From contig JAZRYB010000057.1 in assembly GCA_045600565.1 (NCBI GenBank), forward strand, positions 15,044-79,043: DNA of 64,000 nucleotides, written 5' to 3'. Below, in pieces: positions 39,707-49,669 of the stretch. Both the position numbers and the translations under genes were made by a program. Position 1 is the first letter of the stretch; every line of letters starts with the position of its first letter. The notes beneath the pieces were generated by a model. The model worked only from the letters and a program-made list of their open reading frames with translations. It did not search any database and had not been told where the DNA came from. Source of the DNA: Candidatus Cryptobacteroides sp. (GTDB lineage: Bacteria; Bacteroidota; Bacteroidia; Bacteroidales; UBA932).

Positions 39707-39739
39707 AAAGCACGGCTCATCGAGTCGTGCTTTTTTTTT
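39707..39739 (+). terminator. Intrinsic terminator after rpsC
   Basis: AAAGCACGGCTC-ATC-GAGTCGTGCTTT stem (one G.U pair) running into a T9 tract. Confidence 0.88.
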
Positions 39740-39793
39740 GTTATATTGGCCACGGATTCGCAATATCAACAATACCACATAACAGAATAACTT

Positions 39794-41440
39794 ATGAAAA
39801 CCAAAAACTTCTTTTTCATCTGTACTGTTGCGGCACTCTTGGCTGTCGCTTCCTGTACGACAAAGCACATCAGTCCAAACGGGGTGGACCTGGATGAGCA
39901 ACAGCTTTATATTGGTGAGAATATTGCAGTGGCTCAGACTCAATACGGGAAAGTGCGCGGCTATATTCTTCGCGATATCTATACGTTCTATGGCATCCCG
40001 TACGGGGCATCGACTGCTGGCGAGAATCGTTTTATGCCCCCTCAGAAGCCGGAGCCTTGGAGTGATGTCCGTCCGGCAGTTTTCTATGGCAATTCAGCTC
40101 CTCAGGTCGTGACTTACGGACGTGAGGCGGAGTCCGTGTCTGCATTTGTGGACCACTGGAACTATGATTTATACAGCGAGGATTGCCTCAGACTCAATGT
40201 CTGGACACCTCAGCTGGACGCAAAGAAGAGGCCCGTCCTTGTATGGCTCCACGGCGGTGGGTTCAGCAACGGAAACAGTGTTGAGCAGGACGGATATAAC
40301 GGAGAGAATCTTTCACGCTACGGAGACATCGTTTTCGTATCTGTCAACCATCGTCTCAACTCTTTCGGCTATACGGATTTTGCCGCTGTCGGAGGAGAGA
40401 AGTACAAGCATTCCGGGAATGTCGGTATGCTCGATATCATCGCATCGCTCGAATGGGTTCGTGACAATATCTCAAATTTTGGCGGTGATCCTGACAATGT
40501 GACAATTATGGGCCAATCCGGAGGTGGATCAAAGGTCAGCATCCTCGCATCGATGCCTGCGGCAAAAGGTCTTGTTCACAAAGCGGTGGCCTTGAGTGGC
40601 AACTCTGTACGCGGTGCTGACAAAGAATATGCGGAAGGTCTTGGCGCATACATTGTTGAGAAAGCCGGACTGAAGCCGGGAGAGATAGACAAGCTTCAAC
40701 AGATGTCGTGGGAGGAATATTTCGCGCTTGCGAATGCCGCTGCACGGGAATATGGGCAGACCCATAAAAGTCCAAACGGACGCGCCGGATTCAGCCCTGT
40801 CGCAGATGGCATAGACCTTCCTTCCGGTCAGTTCTATGATCCTTCCGATCCTTCCATTCCTGATATCCCGATGCTGTATTGTACCACTTTCGAGGAAGGT
40901 AATCCGGACAGGGACAGGCCTGCTCTGGAGAATTCGTCAATTGAGGATGTCATCAAGGCATTGACTCCTAATTATGGAGAGAAGGCAAAAGCCATTGTGG
41001 AGGCTTACGCTGCCACGTTCCCTGATCTTCGTCCTATTGAGGTATGGGGCCTTCTCACAGGTGTCCGTACGAATGTTGTTCGTTCGGCGAATGTCAAGGT
41101 GGAACAGAAGTCTCCGGTCTATATGGCTTGGTTTGGTTGGCATTCACCTTTGTTTGACGGCCGTCTTCGCGCATTCCATTGCTCGGATATCAGTTTTTGG
41201 TTCCATAATACGGATTATATGCTGACGCATAACGGAGGAGGTAAGCGCCCTCGCGCCCTCTCTGAAAAGATGTCAGATGCCCTGCTCGCCTTTATGCGTA
41301 CCGGCAATCCTAATTGCAAAGCTCTTCCGGAATGGCCTGAATATACTCCTGAGAATGGAGAGGTTATGATTCTGAATGATGTTTGCGAAGTAAAAAATGA
41401 TCCGGACAGGGCTTGCCGCGCTGTCATTACGGACAATTGA
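39794..41440 (+). CDS. Type-B carboxylesterase, lipoprotein
   Basis: Lipobox VASC, GIPYG, SEDCL.LNVW, HGGGF, GQSGGG nucleophile, FHCSD His. Confidence 0.9.
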   Translation: MKTKNFFFICTVAALLAVASCTTKHISPNGVDLDEQQLYIGENIAVAQTQYGKVRGYILRDIYTFYGIPYGASTAGENRFMPPQKPEPWSDVRPAVFYGNSAPQVVTYGREAESVSAFVDHWNYDLYSEDCLRLNVWTPQLDAKKRPVLVWLHGGGFSNGNSVEQDGYNGENLSRYGDIVFVSVNHRLNSFGYTDFAAVGGEKYKHSGNVGMLDIIASLEWVRDNISNFGGDPDNVTIMGQSGGGSKVSILASMPAAKGLVHKAVALSGNSVRGADKEYAEGLGAYIVEKAGLKPGEIDKLQQMSWEEYFALANAAAREYGQTHKSPNGRAGFSPVADGIDLPSGQFYDPSDPSIPDIPMLYCTTFEEGNPDRDRPALENSSIEDVIKALTPNYGEKAKAIVEAYAATFPDLRPIEVWGLLTGVRTNVVRSANVKVEQKSPVYMAWFGWHSPLFDGRLRAFHCSDISFWFHNTDYMLTHNGGGKRPRALSEKMSDALLAFMRTGNPNCKALPEWPEYTPENGEVMILNDVCEVKNDPDRACRAVITDN

Positions 41441-41458
41441 AAGTAATTAACTTTTTTT

Positions 41459-42304
41459 ATGAAAAAGATCTTGTTTCCTGTCGCCATTGCGGCATTGACG
41501 GTACTCGGTTGCGCAGGCTCGGTATCCGATGAAAAATTGCTTGGAACATATCAATCCGAATATCAGGCATTGATGGATTCATATTCTGAAAATATGTCGG
41601 CCATATCCGAGGACTCGTCTCTTGCGGATGATGAGAAGGACATACAAATGGAAGCCCTTTATGAGGAGACTGTGGAGAGGATGTGTGACAATGCATTGAG
41701 GTTAATAAATGGCAATCCTTCAAGTCCTGTTGTGATAGATGTGCTGAAGGACACATATTACTATTTTGATCCCGAATTGTTGTCCGAAACTTTGGATTCG
41801 CTTTGCGATTCGCTCCAGCAGAATGAGTTTGTGACTACCCTCAGAGAGGGTCTTGCCGCGAAGATGAAGACAGCTGAAGGCAGGATGTTTACGGATTTCA
41901 GCATTGTCCAGGATCCGGACAATGCTGAATCGACCACGGTGAAATTTTCGGATTATATCGGCAAAGGAAAATATATACTCGTGGACTTCTGGGCGAGCTG
42001 GTGCGGACCGTGTAAAGGTGAGATTCCGAATCTTAAGGCTGTCTATGAGAAGTTCAAGGGTGATGACTTCGATATGTTGAGTGTCGCTGTTTGGGATGAA
42101 CCGGCCGCTTCCGTTGATACTGCCGCCGCTTATGGTATCAAGTGGAATCATATCATCAATGCGCAGAAAATTCCTACGGATATTTACGGCATCGATGGTA
42201 TTCCGCATATCATTCTGTTCGGCCCTGACGGCAAGATATTGAAAAGAGAACTGCGAGGAGCGGCAATCGGCGAAGAAATATCCAAATATATCAGCGCTAA
42301 ATAG
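41459..42304 (+). CDS. TlpA-like thioredoxin-fold lipoprotein
   Basis: Lipobox VLGC, DFWASWCGPC, GIPHIIL. Confidence 0.9.
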   Translation: MKKILFPVAIAALTVLGCAGSVSDEKLLGTYQSEYQALMDSYSENMSAISEDSSLADDEKDIQMEALYEETVERMCDNALRLINGNPSSPVVIDVLKDTYYYFDPELLSETLDSLCDSLQQNEFVTTLREGLAAKMKTAEGRMFTDFSIVQDPDNAESTTVKFSDYIGKGKYILVDFWASWCGPCKGEIPNLKAVYEKFKGDDFDMLSVAVWDEPAASVDTAAAYGIKWNHIINAQKIPTDIYGIDGIPHIILFGPDGKILKRELRGAAIGEEISKYISAK

Positions 42305-42310
42305 TTCATA

Positions 42311-44119
42311 GTGGATATTCGCGAGAAGATTTCTCTATTTCCGCATTCCCCCGGAGTTTATAGATATTATGACTCCGGTGGGAATGTGATTTATGTCGGG
42401 AAAGCCAAAGATCTCCATAAGCGGGTATCCCAGTATTTCGTTCCTCCCGAGAGGCTTAACGCTAAAACACGTATCCTCGTCTCCAGGATTGTCGATGCCC
42501 AATACTCCGTTGTAGATTCGGAAGCGGATGCCTTGCTTCTTGAAAACAACCTGATAAAGCAGTATAAGCCTAAGTACAATATCCTGCTGAAAGACTCGAA
42601 AACATATCCTTGGATATGCGTGTCGGCCGATTCTTTCCCTAAAGTCTATATGACGAGACGCATGGTCCAGAATGGTTCAAGATACTTCGGCCCGTACAGT
42701 TCGGCCATCCACGCAAGAAATCTTCTGGAATTCATCTCCCATACATACCCTCTCAGGACCTGCAAATACAAGATTGACTCTCAGACCGTTCTCCGGAGAA
42801 AAATCCGACCGTGCCTGGATTACCATATCGGAAAATGTCGTGGGTGCTGTATTGGTGCGATTTCTCAGGAGGAATACCTCTCTAATATCGAAGAAATAGT
42901 CAAACTCCTGAAGGGGGGTGTATCAGATTTAATAAAAGACTGCAAGGCAAGGATGCAGGAAGCTTCTGATGCCCTTGATTTCGAGACGGCCCAGAGATAT
43001 AAGACAAAGGTCGAAGCTTTGCAGAAACATTATGCCAAGTCTATTATCACCTCTTCGAGGGACAATGATTCAGATGTCTTTTCTCTTGTATTCGACGGGA
43101 TGGAAGCATTCGGCAACTTTCTGCGTGTTCGCGGGGGAGCTGTCATACAGTCTCTCAATCTTGGGTTCAAAATGAATATTGAGGAAGATGAATCATCCGT
43201 ACTGAGCGCTTTTATTGCGGAAATCGAAAGCAAGTTCGGAGACCTTTCTGCAGAAGTGATTGTTCCTTTTCTCCCCGACGTATCCATTGATGGCGTCAAG
43301 TTCAAAATTCCGGTCAAAGGGGACAAGTTGTCATTGCTGGAACTCAGCATTAAGAATGCAAAAGAGCATAGTTTCAATACTATGCGTCAGCGTGAGCATA
43401 CCAATCCGGACTCATTCCGCAGGAGTGTGATGCTGGATCTTCAGAAGGCATTGGGGATGAAGGAGCTTCCTGTGCATATCGAATGCTTTGACAATTCCAA
43501 CATCCAGGGGACTAATCCTGTTGCTTCTTGCGTGGTTTTCCGTAATGCGGAGCCGTCCAAGGGGGATTATAGAAAATTCAAGATAAAGACTGTCATAGGT
43601 GCGAATGATTATGCTTCAATGAAGGAAGTTGTGAATCGCAGGTATTCCAGAATGCTGGAAGAAGCCCCTGATGATCTGCCCCAATTGATTGTGATAGATG
43701 GCGGGAAGGGACAGTTGAGCTTTGCCTATCAGGCTCTTACCGAACTTGGTCTGACAGATAAACTTATGGTCATAGGACTGGCCAAGCGGCTTGAAGAAGT
43801 CATCAGAGTGGGGGACCCTTACCCTCTGTTCATAGACAGGAATTCTCAGGCGCTGAAGGTGCTCCAGCGCATCCGGGATGAGGCCCACAGATTCGGCATA
43901 ACCTTCCATCGCAGCCTGAGAAGCAAAGCGCAGATCAAATCTGCCCTGAGAGAGATAAAAGGTGTCGGTGAACAGACAGAAAAGCGATTGCTTATGCATT
44001 TCGGCAGCGTAGCCAGAATTGCATCCGCTTCTTTGGAGGATTTGTCTGCAATGGTTGGCCCTATTCTTGCTGAAAAAATCAATAAAGAATTAAACACGAA
44101 TGAAAGAGAAGACATTTAA
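42311..44119 (+). CDS. uvrC: Excinuclease ABC subunit C
   Basis: PGVY...IYVGKAK, IECFDNSN, LIVIDGGKGQL, RDEAHRF, HhH motif; GTG start. Confidence 0.97.
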   Translation: MDIREKISLFPHSPGVYRYYDSGGNVIYVGKAKDLHKRVSQYFVPPERLNAKTRILVSRIVDAQYSVVDSEADALLLENNLIKQYKPKYNILLKDSKTYPWICVSADSFPKVYMTRRMVQNGSRYFGPYSSAIHARNLLEFISHTYPLRTCKYKIDSQTVLRRKIRPCLDYHIGKCRGCCIGAISQEEYLSNIEEIVKLLKGGVSDLIKDCKARMQEASDALDFETAQRYKTKVEALQKHYAKSIITSSRDNDSDVFSLVFDGMEAFGNFLRVRGGAVIQSLNLGFKMNIEEDESSVLSAFIAEIESKFGDLSAEVIVPFLPDVSIDGVKFKIPVKGDKLSLLELSIKNAKEHSFNTMRQREHTNPDSFRRSVMLDLQKALGMKELPVHIECFDNSNIQGTNPVASCVVFRNAEPSKGDYRKFKIKTVIGANDYASMKEVVNRRYSRMLEEAPDDLPQLIVIDGGKGQLSFAYQALTELGLTDKLMVIGLAKRLEEVIRVGDPYPLFIDRNSQALKVLQRIRDEAHRFGITFHRSLRSKAQIKSALREIKGVGEQTEKRLLMHFGSVARIASASLEDLSAMVGPILAEKINKELNTNEREDI

Positions 44120-44846
44120 CAGATTATTCAATGGTTTCATTCTCATAGGAATGTTCGTTTCCGTGTTGATTGGCAGTTACTTGAAGCTCAGACAGGGAGA
44201 AGGGAATTCTGTTCTGATGGTCTTGTCGGCAGTGGGAGCCTTGGCCGGAGTTTTAAGTACCGTGTTGTCTGCCGGGGGGAATATCTTTTGCTTCGTTTTT
44301 GGACTGATAGATGTTGTAATATACTCTTATGCTCTGTTTGACAGCGGAAATCCACTCACGTTCTGTCTTCACGTGTTTTATTTCATTCCTATGGAGTTTG
44401 TGGGCTTCTTTATGTGGAAAAAGCGTGGTGCAGATTCCAAGTCCGCGGTCAAGGCCCGCAGGCTCAAAGGCATAGGACAATGGGTGAAGGTTATTGCGTT
44501 TTTTGTTTTTGTTTTTGTGGCCTGTTTCTCTCTGTCTTGGGTCGCCGCGTCAAAAGGTTGGATTCAAATAGAACAAGACCCGTCTAAGATTGCTCTCGAT
44601 GCAATGATGACGACGACGAATATAGTGGCGCTGGTTCTGATGAGCCTTGCATATTATGAGCAGTGGTATCTCTGGCTGCTGGTGAACGTCTCATCCATAA
44701 TAACTTGGTCGCTCTTGCTAAAGAATGACCCTCAGTCGGCTTACAGTATAGTCTATCTGATAAAATACATTTTTTATCTGTTGAATTCAGTCAATGGGAT
44801 TAGGATATGGTTGAAACTCAGCAAAGACGAGATTTCTTGCAAATAA
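44100..44846 (+). CDS. PnuC-family vitamin/nucleoside transporter
   Basis: Multiple TMs, [19 protein letters not shown]...W. Confidence 0.85.
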   Translation: MKEKTFNRLFNGFILIGMFVSVLIGSYLKLRQGEGNSVLMVLSAVGALAGVLSTVLSAGGNIFCFVFGLIDVVIYSYALFDSGNPLTFCLHVFYFIPMEFVGFFMWKKRGADSKSAVKARRLKGIGQWVKVIAFFVFVFVACFSLSWVAASKGWIQIEQDPSKIALDAMMTTTNIVALVLMSLAYYEQWYLWLLVNVSSIITWSLLLKNDPQSAYSIVYLIKYIFYLLNSVNGIRIWLKLSKDEISCK

Positions 44847-44919
44847 TGAAATTTTTTTATTTCTTTGCAGTTCAAACGTGGAATTTGGACAAAATAATAA
44901 TAAACTAAAATCTAAAGTT

Positions 44920-45168
44920 ATGGAATACGAGGAAATCGTAAAGAAAGTCAAAGCTATTATCGTAGATAAACTTGGCGTAGAAGAGACAGAAGTTACCGAG
45001 ACAGCCAATTTCACAAATGACCTCGGAGCAGACTCTCTTGATACAGTGGAGCTCCTTATGGAGTTTGAGAAAGTTTTCGGAGTCAAGATTCCAGATGAGG
45101 AGACGAGCTCAATAGCAACTGTTCAGGATGCAATCGATAAAGTTGCTGAGAAAGTGGCGCAGAAGTAA
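44920..45168 (+). CDS. acpP: Acyl carrier protein
   Basis: [18 protein letters not shown]. Confidence 0.97.
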   Translation: MEYEEIVKKVKAIIVDKLGVEETEVTETANFTNDLGADSLDTVELLMEFEKVFGVKIPDEETSSIATVQDAIDKVAEKVAQK

Positions 45169-45185
45169 AATTTCTGATAATAAAT

Positions 45186-45217
45186 AAAGGGGCCGCCCAA
45201 TATTGGGCGGCCCCTTT
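45186..45217. terminator. Bidirectional terminator (32-bp perfect palindrome) between acpP and the convergent lipoprotein gene
   Basis: AAAGGGGCCGCCCAAT|ATTGGGCGGCCCCTTT. Confidence 0.88.
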
Positions 45218-45239
45218 TATCGTGTTCTGCTGCTGTCCC

Positions 45240-46868
45240 TTACTCTTTCGGCACGGAATAAACGACTCTGAGCCGTGGCCTTCTGCCTTCAGGTGCCAGT
45301 GGGCTGTTGATGGCCGCCTTGTAGTACCTGTTGTTGTCAAGCATAATGGCAGACTGTGTCTGGGTATTATTGCTCACCATTGACGAAGCCATTGAATAGC
45401 TGAGATAATTGGAATAGCCGTATCCTCCATAGCCGCCATAGCCGTATCCATAACCGCCATAGCCGTATCCGTAGCCGCCATATCCTCCGTAGCCTCCGTA
45501 GCCGTTGTACATCTGGTTGTAATAGTTGGCATACATAAGATTCTGGTAATAACTGTTCCAATCTTCTTCTGAAGTGACAGTGGAGGTCTTGTATGTTTCG
45601 GTCTTCATTATCATCATCCAGATATCGTAATTGGATATTTTGTCTTTATCCGTTGTCCGCAGGATGGATTGAACGTGATACGAAAGTCCCGGGGCATATT
45701 GGCAGGTGGACCGGTTCAAATAACCCATATTCTCCGTGGACAGACTCGAATTGGTGATACTGGCAAAAGAAATCAGTGTGTCCAGATCGATACGGCAAGT
45801 CGGGTTGAGAATCTCCGGATAATAATCCATATCTGTGTAGTCGTCCGGAAACTCAAAAGGCATAATCAATTCCGCTTTGTGAATGAAAGACTTGGTATAG
45901 TCTCCATACTGGGATATTTCTGCAATCAGCTTTTCCTTGATTTCCGCTGCGGAGAATACCGGTTTCGGGCTGCCTCCTCCTTCGATAGGGATGACCTCGG
46001 TGATTTGCTTGGAAGGAGCCTCGACTGTGGCGTTGAATGCATATTGCGGCAGCAGTCCGATAGTGCTGTTGGTTAACAGAGAATCAGAATCATAGAACTT
46101 GTCAAGCCCAAAAAGGAAAATGAAAGAAGTGTCCTTGGACTTTCCGTTATATTCTGCAGTGAATTCCAGATTGGCATAACTCCCGGTGATGGCGTAATTG
46201 TTCCCGTCGACATCGGCTTGAACTGAAAACATATTGAAACGTCCGCCTTGCCCCAGAGGCTCGTCAACATTGAAAAGGATGCCGGGGTATTTCTTGAGAT
46301 ATGTATTTATGTCTTTCAGGTCCTCCTGCTTGATATTGAGGTATTTGCTTGCGAATTCTTCTGAAAAGTCAAATGTCAGCGAATCTCCGCCGTTGTACAC
46401 GGGGACACCTCTGGTCACGCGTGTGGTGCCGTGCTCAGGGATATGGTTTCCGTCTAAGATTGAGATAGGCTTGGTCAACTCGAACACGTTGACATTCTGC
46501 ATTACTCTGGATTGGGAAGGATCCGCCGCGGAGATGGTGTCGGCCGGCATTGTGAAAAAGAATCGCCTCAGTTTTGTGTTCTGCCCGAAGTCCAGAGTGT
46601 CATAGAATGGGACGAGTGTGATTGCACTCTCTCTTGTGGAGAGACGGGATTCTGCATCTCTGATAGCTCCGAATGTGATATGTCTTGAAGAATATCCTGA
46701 GAGACTGTCGGCAACCTTCAGAGTGACATCTTCAAGATCAAACTCGAAAATCTTCATTTCGTATTCCTGGTCTGCGGGAACGAGGTTTCGGCCAACACTG
46801 TTGTCTATTTTTACGCAGGAATACGTGCAAAGGACAGCGGCAAAGAAAGGGAGTAACTTAAAGTTCAT
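45240..46868 (-). CDS. Outer-membrane lipoprotein, DUF4270-like, with a Gly/Tyr-rich tract
   Basis: Lipobox TYSC; beta-rich; C-terminal PRLRVVYS; position downstream of a glycogen-synthase-like gene as I recall for Bacteroidales DUF4270 genes (family call by context). Confidence 0.65.
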   Translation of the reverse strand: MNFKLLPFFAAVLCTYSCVKIDNSVGRNLVPADQEYEMKIFEFDLEDVTLKVADSLSGYSSRHITFGAIRDAESRLSTRESAITLVPFYDTLDFGQNTKLRRFFFTMPADTISAADPSQSRVMQNVNVFELTKPISILDGNHIPEHGTTRVTRGVPVYNGGDSLTFDFSEEFASKYLNIKQEDLKDINTYLKKYPGILFNVDEPLGQGGRFNMFSVQADVDGNNYAITGSYANLEFTAEYNGKSKDTSFIFLFGLDKFYDSDSLLTNSTIGLLPQYAFNATVEAPSKQITEVIPIEGGGSPKPVFSAAEIKEKLIAEISQYGDYTKSFIHKAELIMPFEFPDDYTDMDYYPEILNPTCRIDLDTLISFASITNSSLSTENMGYLNRSTCQYAPGLSYHVQSILRTTDKDKISNYDIWMMIMKTETYKTSTVTSEEDWNSYYQNLMYANYYNQMYNGYGGYGGYGGYGYGYGGYGYGYGGYGGYGYSNYLSYSMASSMVSNNTQTQSAIMLDNNRYYKAAINSPLAPEGRRPRLRVVYSVPKE

Positions 46869-46870
46869 TT

Positions 46871-47689
46871 TTACAATTGGTCATAAAAATCGTTGTACTC
46901 GTCAACATATCTTCCGCTCGAGATTGATTCTTCGTTGAAAGGGAGGATAGGAAGATGGAGCGATTCGCAGAATCCCGTGAGCTCGGAATCAATGTCCTTG
47001 GCTCCGTAGATAACTGCGTCTGAGTACTGCACTGCGGTTTTCGCAAGATTTATGCCAGTGGCCTCCGAAAGGAAAGGGGCATCTTCGAGACTGACACTTC
47101 CGAAAGGTATCTTTTTCTGAAAATCGTTTGAAAAATTGTCCTTCGGTGTGTCGTCATATAGAGAGAGAACAACCTTGCTGTTGGAAAATATCGGGTCGTC
47201 CACGTAATTCTTTTTCAAATACATAGGTACGAGGTGGGAAATCCATCCGTGACAATGGATGATATCGGGAGCCCATCTGAGCTTCTTAACGGTCTCAAGT
47301 ACTCCGCGGGCGAAGAAAAGCGTACGCTCATCATTATCCTCAAAGAATGCTCCGGACTCATCAAAATAGGTTTGTTTGCGTCTGAAATAGTCGTCGTTGT
47401 CAATAAAATAGACTTGAATCCTGGCGGACGAAATCGAGGCCACCTTTATGACGAGAGGCCTGTCTACGTCACTGATGATGATATTCATTCCGGACAGCCT
47501 GATCACCTCGTGCAGTTGATTCTTTCTTTCATTGATGCATCCGTATCGGGGCATGAATGAACGAATCTCCTTCTTTTTTGCTTGAATGCCCTGAGGGAGA
47601 TAACGGCCTATGTTCGCCAATGTGGACTCCGGGATGTAAGGATAAATCTCGGAGTTTACGAAAAGCACTTTCTTTACGGTTTGACCCAT
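46871..47689 (-). CDS. Glycogen/starch synthase N-terminal-domain protein (Glyco_transf_5 only)
   Basis: KKVLFVNSEIYPY, FMPRYG, VYFIDN..YF, W.PDIIHCHGW; 272 aa, no second Rossmann domain. Confidence 0.85.
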   Translation of the reverse strand: MGQTVKKVLFVNSEIYPYIPESTLANIGRYLPQGIQAKKKEIRSFMPRYGCINERKNQLHEVIRLSGMNIIISDVDRPLVIKVASISSARIQVYFIDNDDYFRRKQTYFDESGAFFEDNDERTLFFARGVLETVKKLRWAPDIIHCHGWISHLVPMYLKKNYVDDPIFSNSKVVLSLYDDTPKDNFSNDFQKKIPFGSVSLEDAPFLSEATGINLAKTAVQYSDAVIYGAKDIDSELTGFCESLHLPILPFNEESISSGRYVDEYNDFYDQL

Positions 47690-47750
47690 TTTGTCTTTTA
47701 TTTTCCTATTCAAGCAAAGGTAATAAAAAAAATTCATAAATTTGTACGTT

Positions 47751-48629
47751 ATGTCATTAGCGGAGAATAAATTGATTAATCGCAGGCTTCAAAGCGCCTA
47801 TCTTTCTACGGTAATAAGTATCAGTTTGGTGTTGTTACTGGTCGGTGTCGCCGCACTGCTTATGGTGAATGCGCGGAGCGTGAGCAATTTTTTCAAGGAA
47901 AATATGCAGATATCGGTGCTTATGAAGCAGGATGTGACAGATGAGCAGGCGCAGGCGTATCAATCTGAGTTGGATGAGATGGGGTTTATCAACAGCACTC
48001 GTTTTGTCTCGAAGCAACAGGGCACTGAAGAAATGAAAGATATGTTGGGAGAAGACTTCTTGAAGGTTTTCGAGTCTTCCCCTATTCCCTCATCTATAGA
48101 TTTGACTCTGAAGGCCGAATATGTCTCATCCGACAGTCTTGTTGTTGTCGAGAAAGCTATTATGAAGTCACCGCTTGTGGAGGAGGTGGATTATCAGCAA
48201 TCGCTGATTAAAGCGTTGAATGCCAATCTTCAGAAGATAGCTGTTTTCCTTGGTATTTTCATTCTGCTGTTGCTGTTCATCTCGTTTGTGCTCATCAACA
48301 ATACTGTGCGCCTGAGCGTTTTTTCCCGCCGGTTCACTATTCATACAATGAAACTTGTCGGAGCGACAAAGTCTTTTATCCGCTCTCCGTTCTTGCTGCG
48401 TGCGGTATTTCAGGGACTGATTTCTGCAATGACGGCAATTATTTTTCTGTTGGGGCTTCTCTTCCTGATAAGGTCACAATTCTCCCAGCTGTTCTCGATT
48501 TTCCATATGGACCTTCTTTTGATTGTGTTGGGTATAGTAATTGTTGCCGGTGTGCTTATTTGTGTGGTCAGCACCTATTTTGTGGTCGGAAAACTTGTGT
48601 CCCTGACCAGGGATGAATTATATGTATAA
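47751..48629 (+). CDS. ftsX: FtsX-like permease
   Basis: STVISISLVL, INNTVRL....RRFTIHTMKLVGAT..FIR.PF. Confidence 0.92.
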   Translation: MSLAENKLINRRLQSAYLSTVISISLVLLLVGVAALLMVNARSVSNFFKENMQISVLMKQDVTDEQAQAYQSELDEMGFINSTRFVSKQQGTEEMKDMLGEDFLKVFESSPIPSSIDLTLKAEYVSSDSLVVVEKAIMKSPLVEEVDYQQSLIKALNANLQKIAVFLGIFILLLLFISFVLINNTVRLSVFSRRFTIHTMKLVGATKSFIRSPFLLRAVFQGLISAMTAIIFLLGLLFLIRSQFSQLFSIFHMDLLLIVLGIVIVAGVLICVVSTYFVVGKLVSLTRDELYV

Positions 48630-48878
48630 ATGATTATGGACAGGATGGCTATTACCCCAAAAGGGTTGAAACTTTTGATTGCGGGAGTCCTGGTGATGAT
48701 TGCCGGGTATATCCTTATGATGGGAGGGGGGAGCGATGACCCCGGGGTGTTCAATTATGCTATGTTTGATTTCAGGCGGCTCGTTGCGGCTCCAATAGTG
48801 ATTCTCGCGGGTGTTGTCGTGGAGATAATAGCCATAATGCGGGTGTCTGGGGACAAGAGGGAGGATGATGCGAAATGA
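48630..48878 (+). CDS. DUF3098-type membrane protein
   Basis: Two TMs, GYILM.GGGS.DP..FN, conserved ftsX-X-uppP position. Confidence 0.8.
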   Translation: MIMDRMAITPKGLKLLIAGVLVMIAGYILMMGGGSDDPGVFNYAMFDFRRLVAAPIVILAGVVVEIIAIMRVSGDKREDDAK

Positions 48879-49657
48879 GTATATGGCAAGCTGTAATTCT
48901 GGGCCTGATACAAGGCCTCACAGAGTTTCTTCCGGTCAGCAGCAGCGGTCATCTGGCCATAGGCCGGGACTTGTTGGGCGTAGATGCGGCCGGTGATCTT
49001 GTGTTTGAAGTTGCGGTTCACGCGGCTACGGCGCTGGCCATCATTATCGTCTTCCGAAAGGAAATTCTCCGTTTGCTCGGAGGCTTTTTCAAGTTCAAAT
49101 ACAATGAAGAGACAGACTATATTTTAAAGATAGTCGTTTCTATGATTCCCGTTTTCATTGTCGGTGTTTTCTTCAAGGACTATGTCGAGAGTTTGTTCAG
49201 TTCTCTTATGGTGGTCGGGTTCGCTCTTGTCGCTACGGCGGCACTTCTTTTCTTGTCCGGCAGATATGGCTCCGCAGAAGGGAAAATTACTTATGGAAAA
49301 GCTTTCATTATCGGTCTCGGACAGGCTCTTGCAGTGATCCCGGGGCTGTCGAGGTCCGGGACGACCATTTCTACCGGTCTTCTTTGTGGGGTCAGCAGGG
49401 AGACCGTTGCGCAGTTTTCTTTCCTTATGGTGCTGGTCCCTATTCTTGGCGAAGCCTTCCTTGACCTCATTGGCGGAGATATGGTCTCCTCCTCCATCGG
49501 GGCCGCTCCTCTTGCTATAGGTTTTATGACAGCATTCGCCTCCGGCCTTTTTGCCTGCAAGGCTATGATAGCATTGGTGCGTAAGGCTCGACTTGACTGG
49601 TTCGCCCTGTATTGTGCGGTTGTCGGCGCGATTGTCATTATTTGTTCTCTCGGATAA
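48875..49657 (+). CDS. uppP: Undecaprenyl-diphosphate phosphatase
   Basis: QGLTEFLPVSSSGHL, PGLSRSG.TI, FSFL. Confidence 0.97.
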   Translation: MSIWQAVILGLIQGLTEFLPVSSSGHLAIGRDLLGVDAAGDLVFEVAVHAATALAIIIVFRKEILRLLGGFFKFKYNEETDYILKIVVSMIPVFIVGVFFKDYVESLFSSLMVVGFALVATAALLFLSGRYGSAEGKITYGKAFIIGLGQALAVIPGLSRSGTTISTGLLCGVSRETVAQFSFLMVLVPILGEAFLDLIGGDMVSSSIGAAPLAIGFMTAFASGLFACKAMIALVRKARLDWFALYCAVVGAIVIICSLG

Positions 49658-49669
49658 CCCAAAATATAT

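Noticed and set aside
39701-39718. TTTTTCAAAGCACGGCTC after rpsC resembles the IS-end motif ATTTCAAAACAGGCTC
   Set aside because: Needs an indel plus mismatches, has no TWA flank, and is explained as the terminator arm; not usable as evidence that an IS caused the operon split
44920-45217. acpP not followed by fabF
   Set aside because: Minor gene-order variation; a terminator is present and it adds nothing beyond the rearrangement already reported
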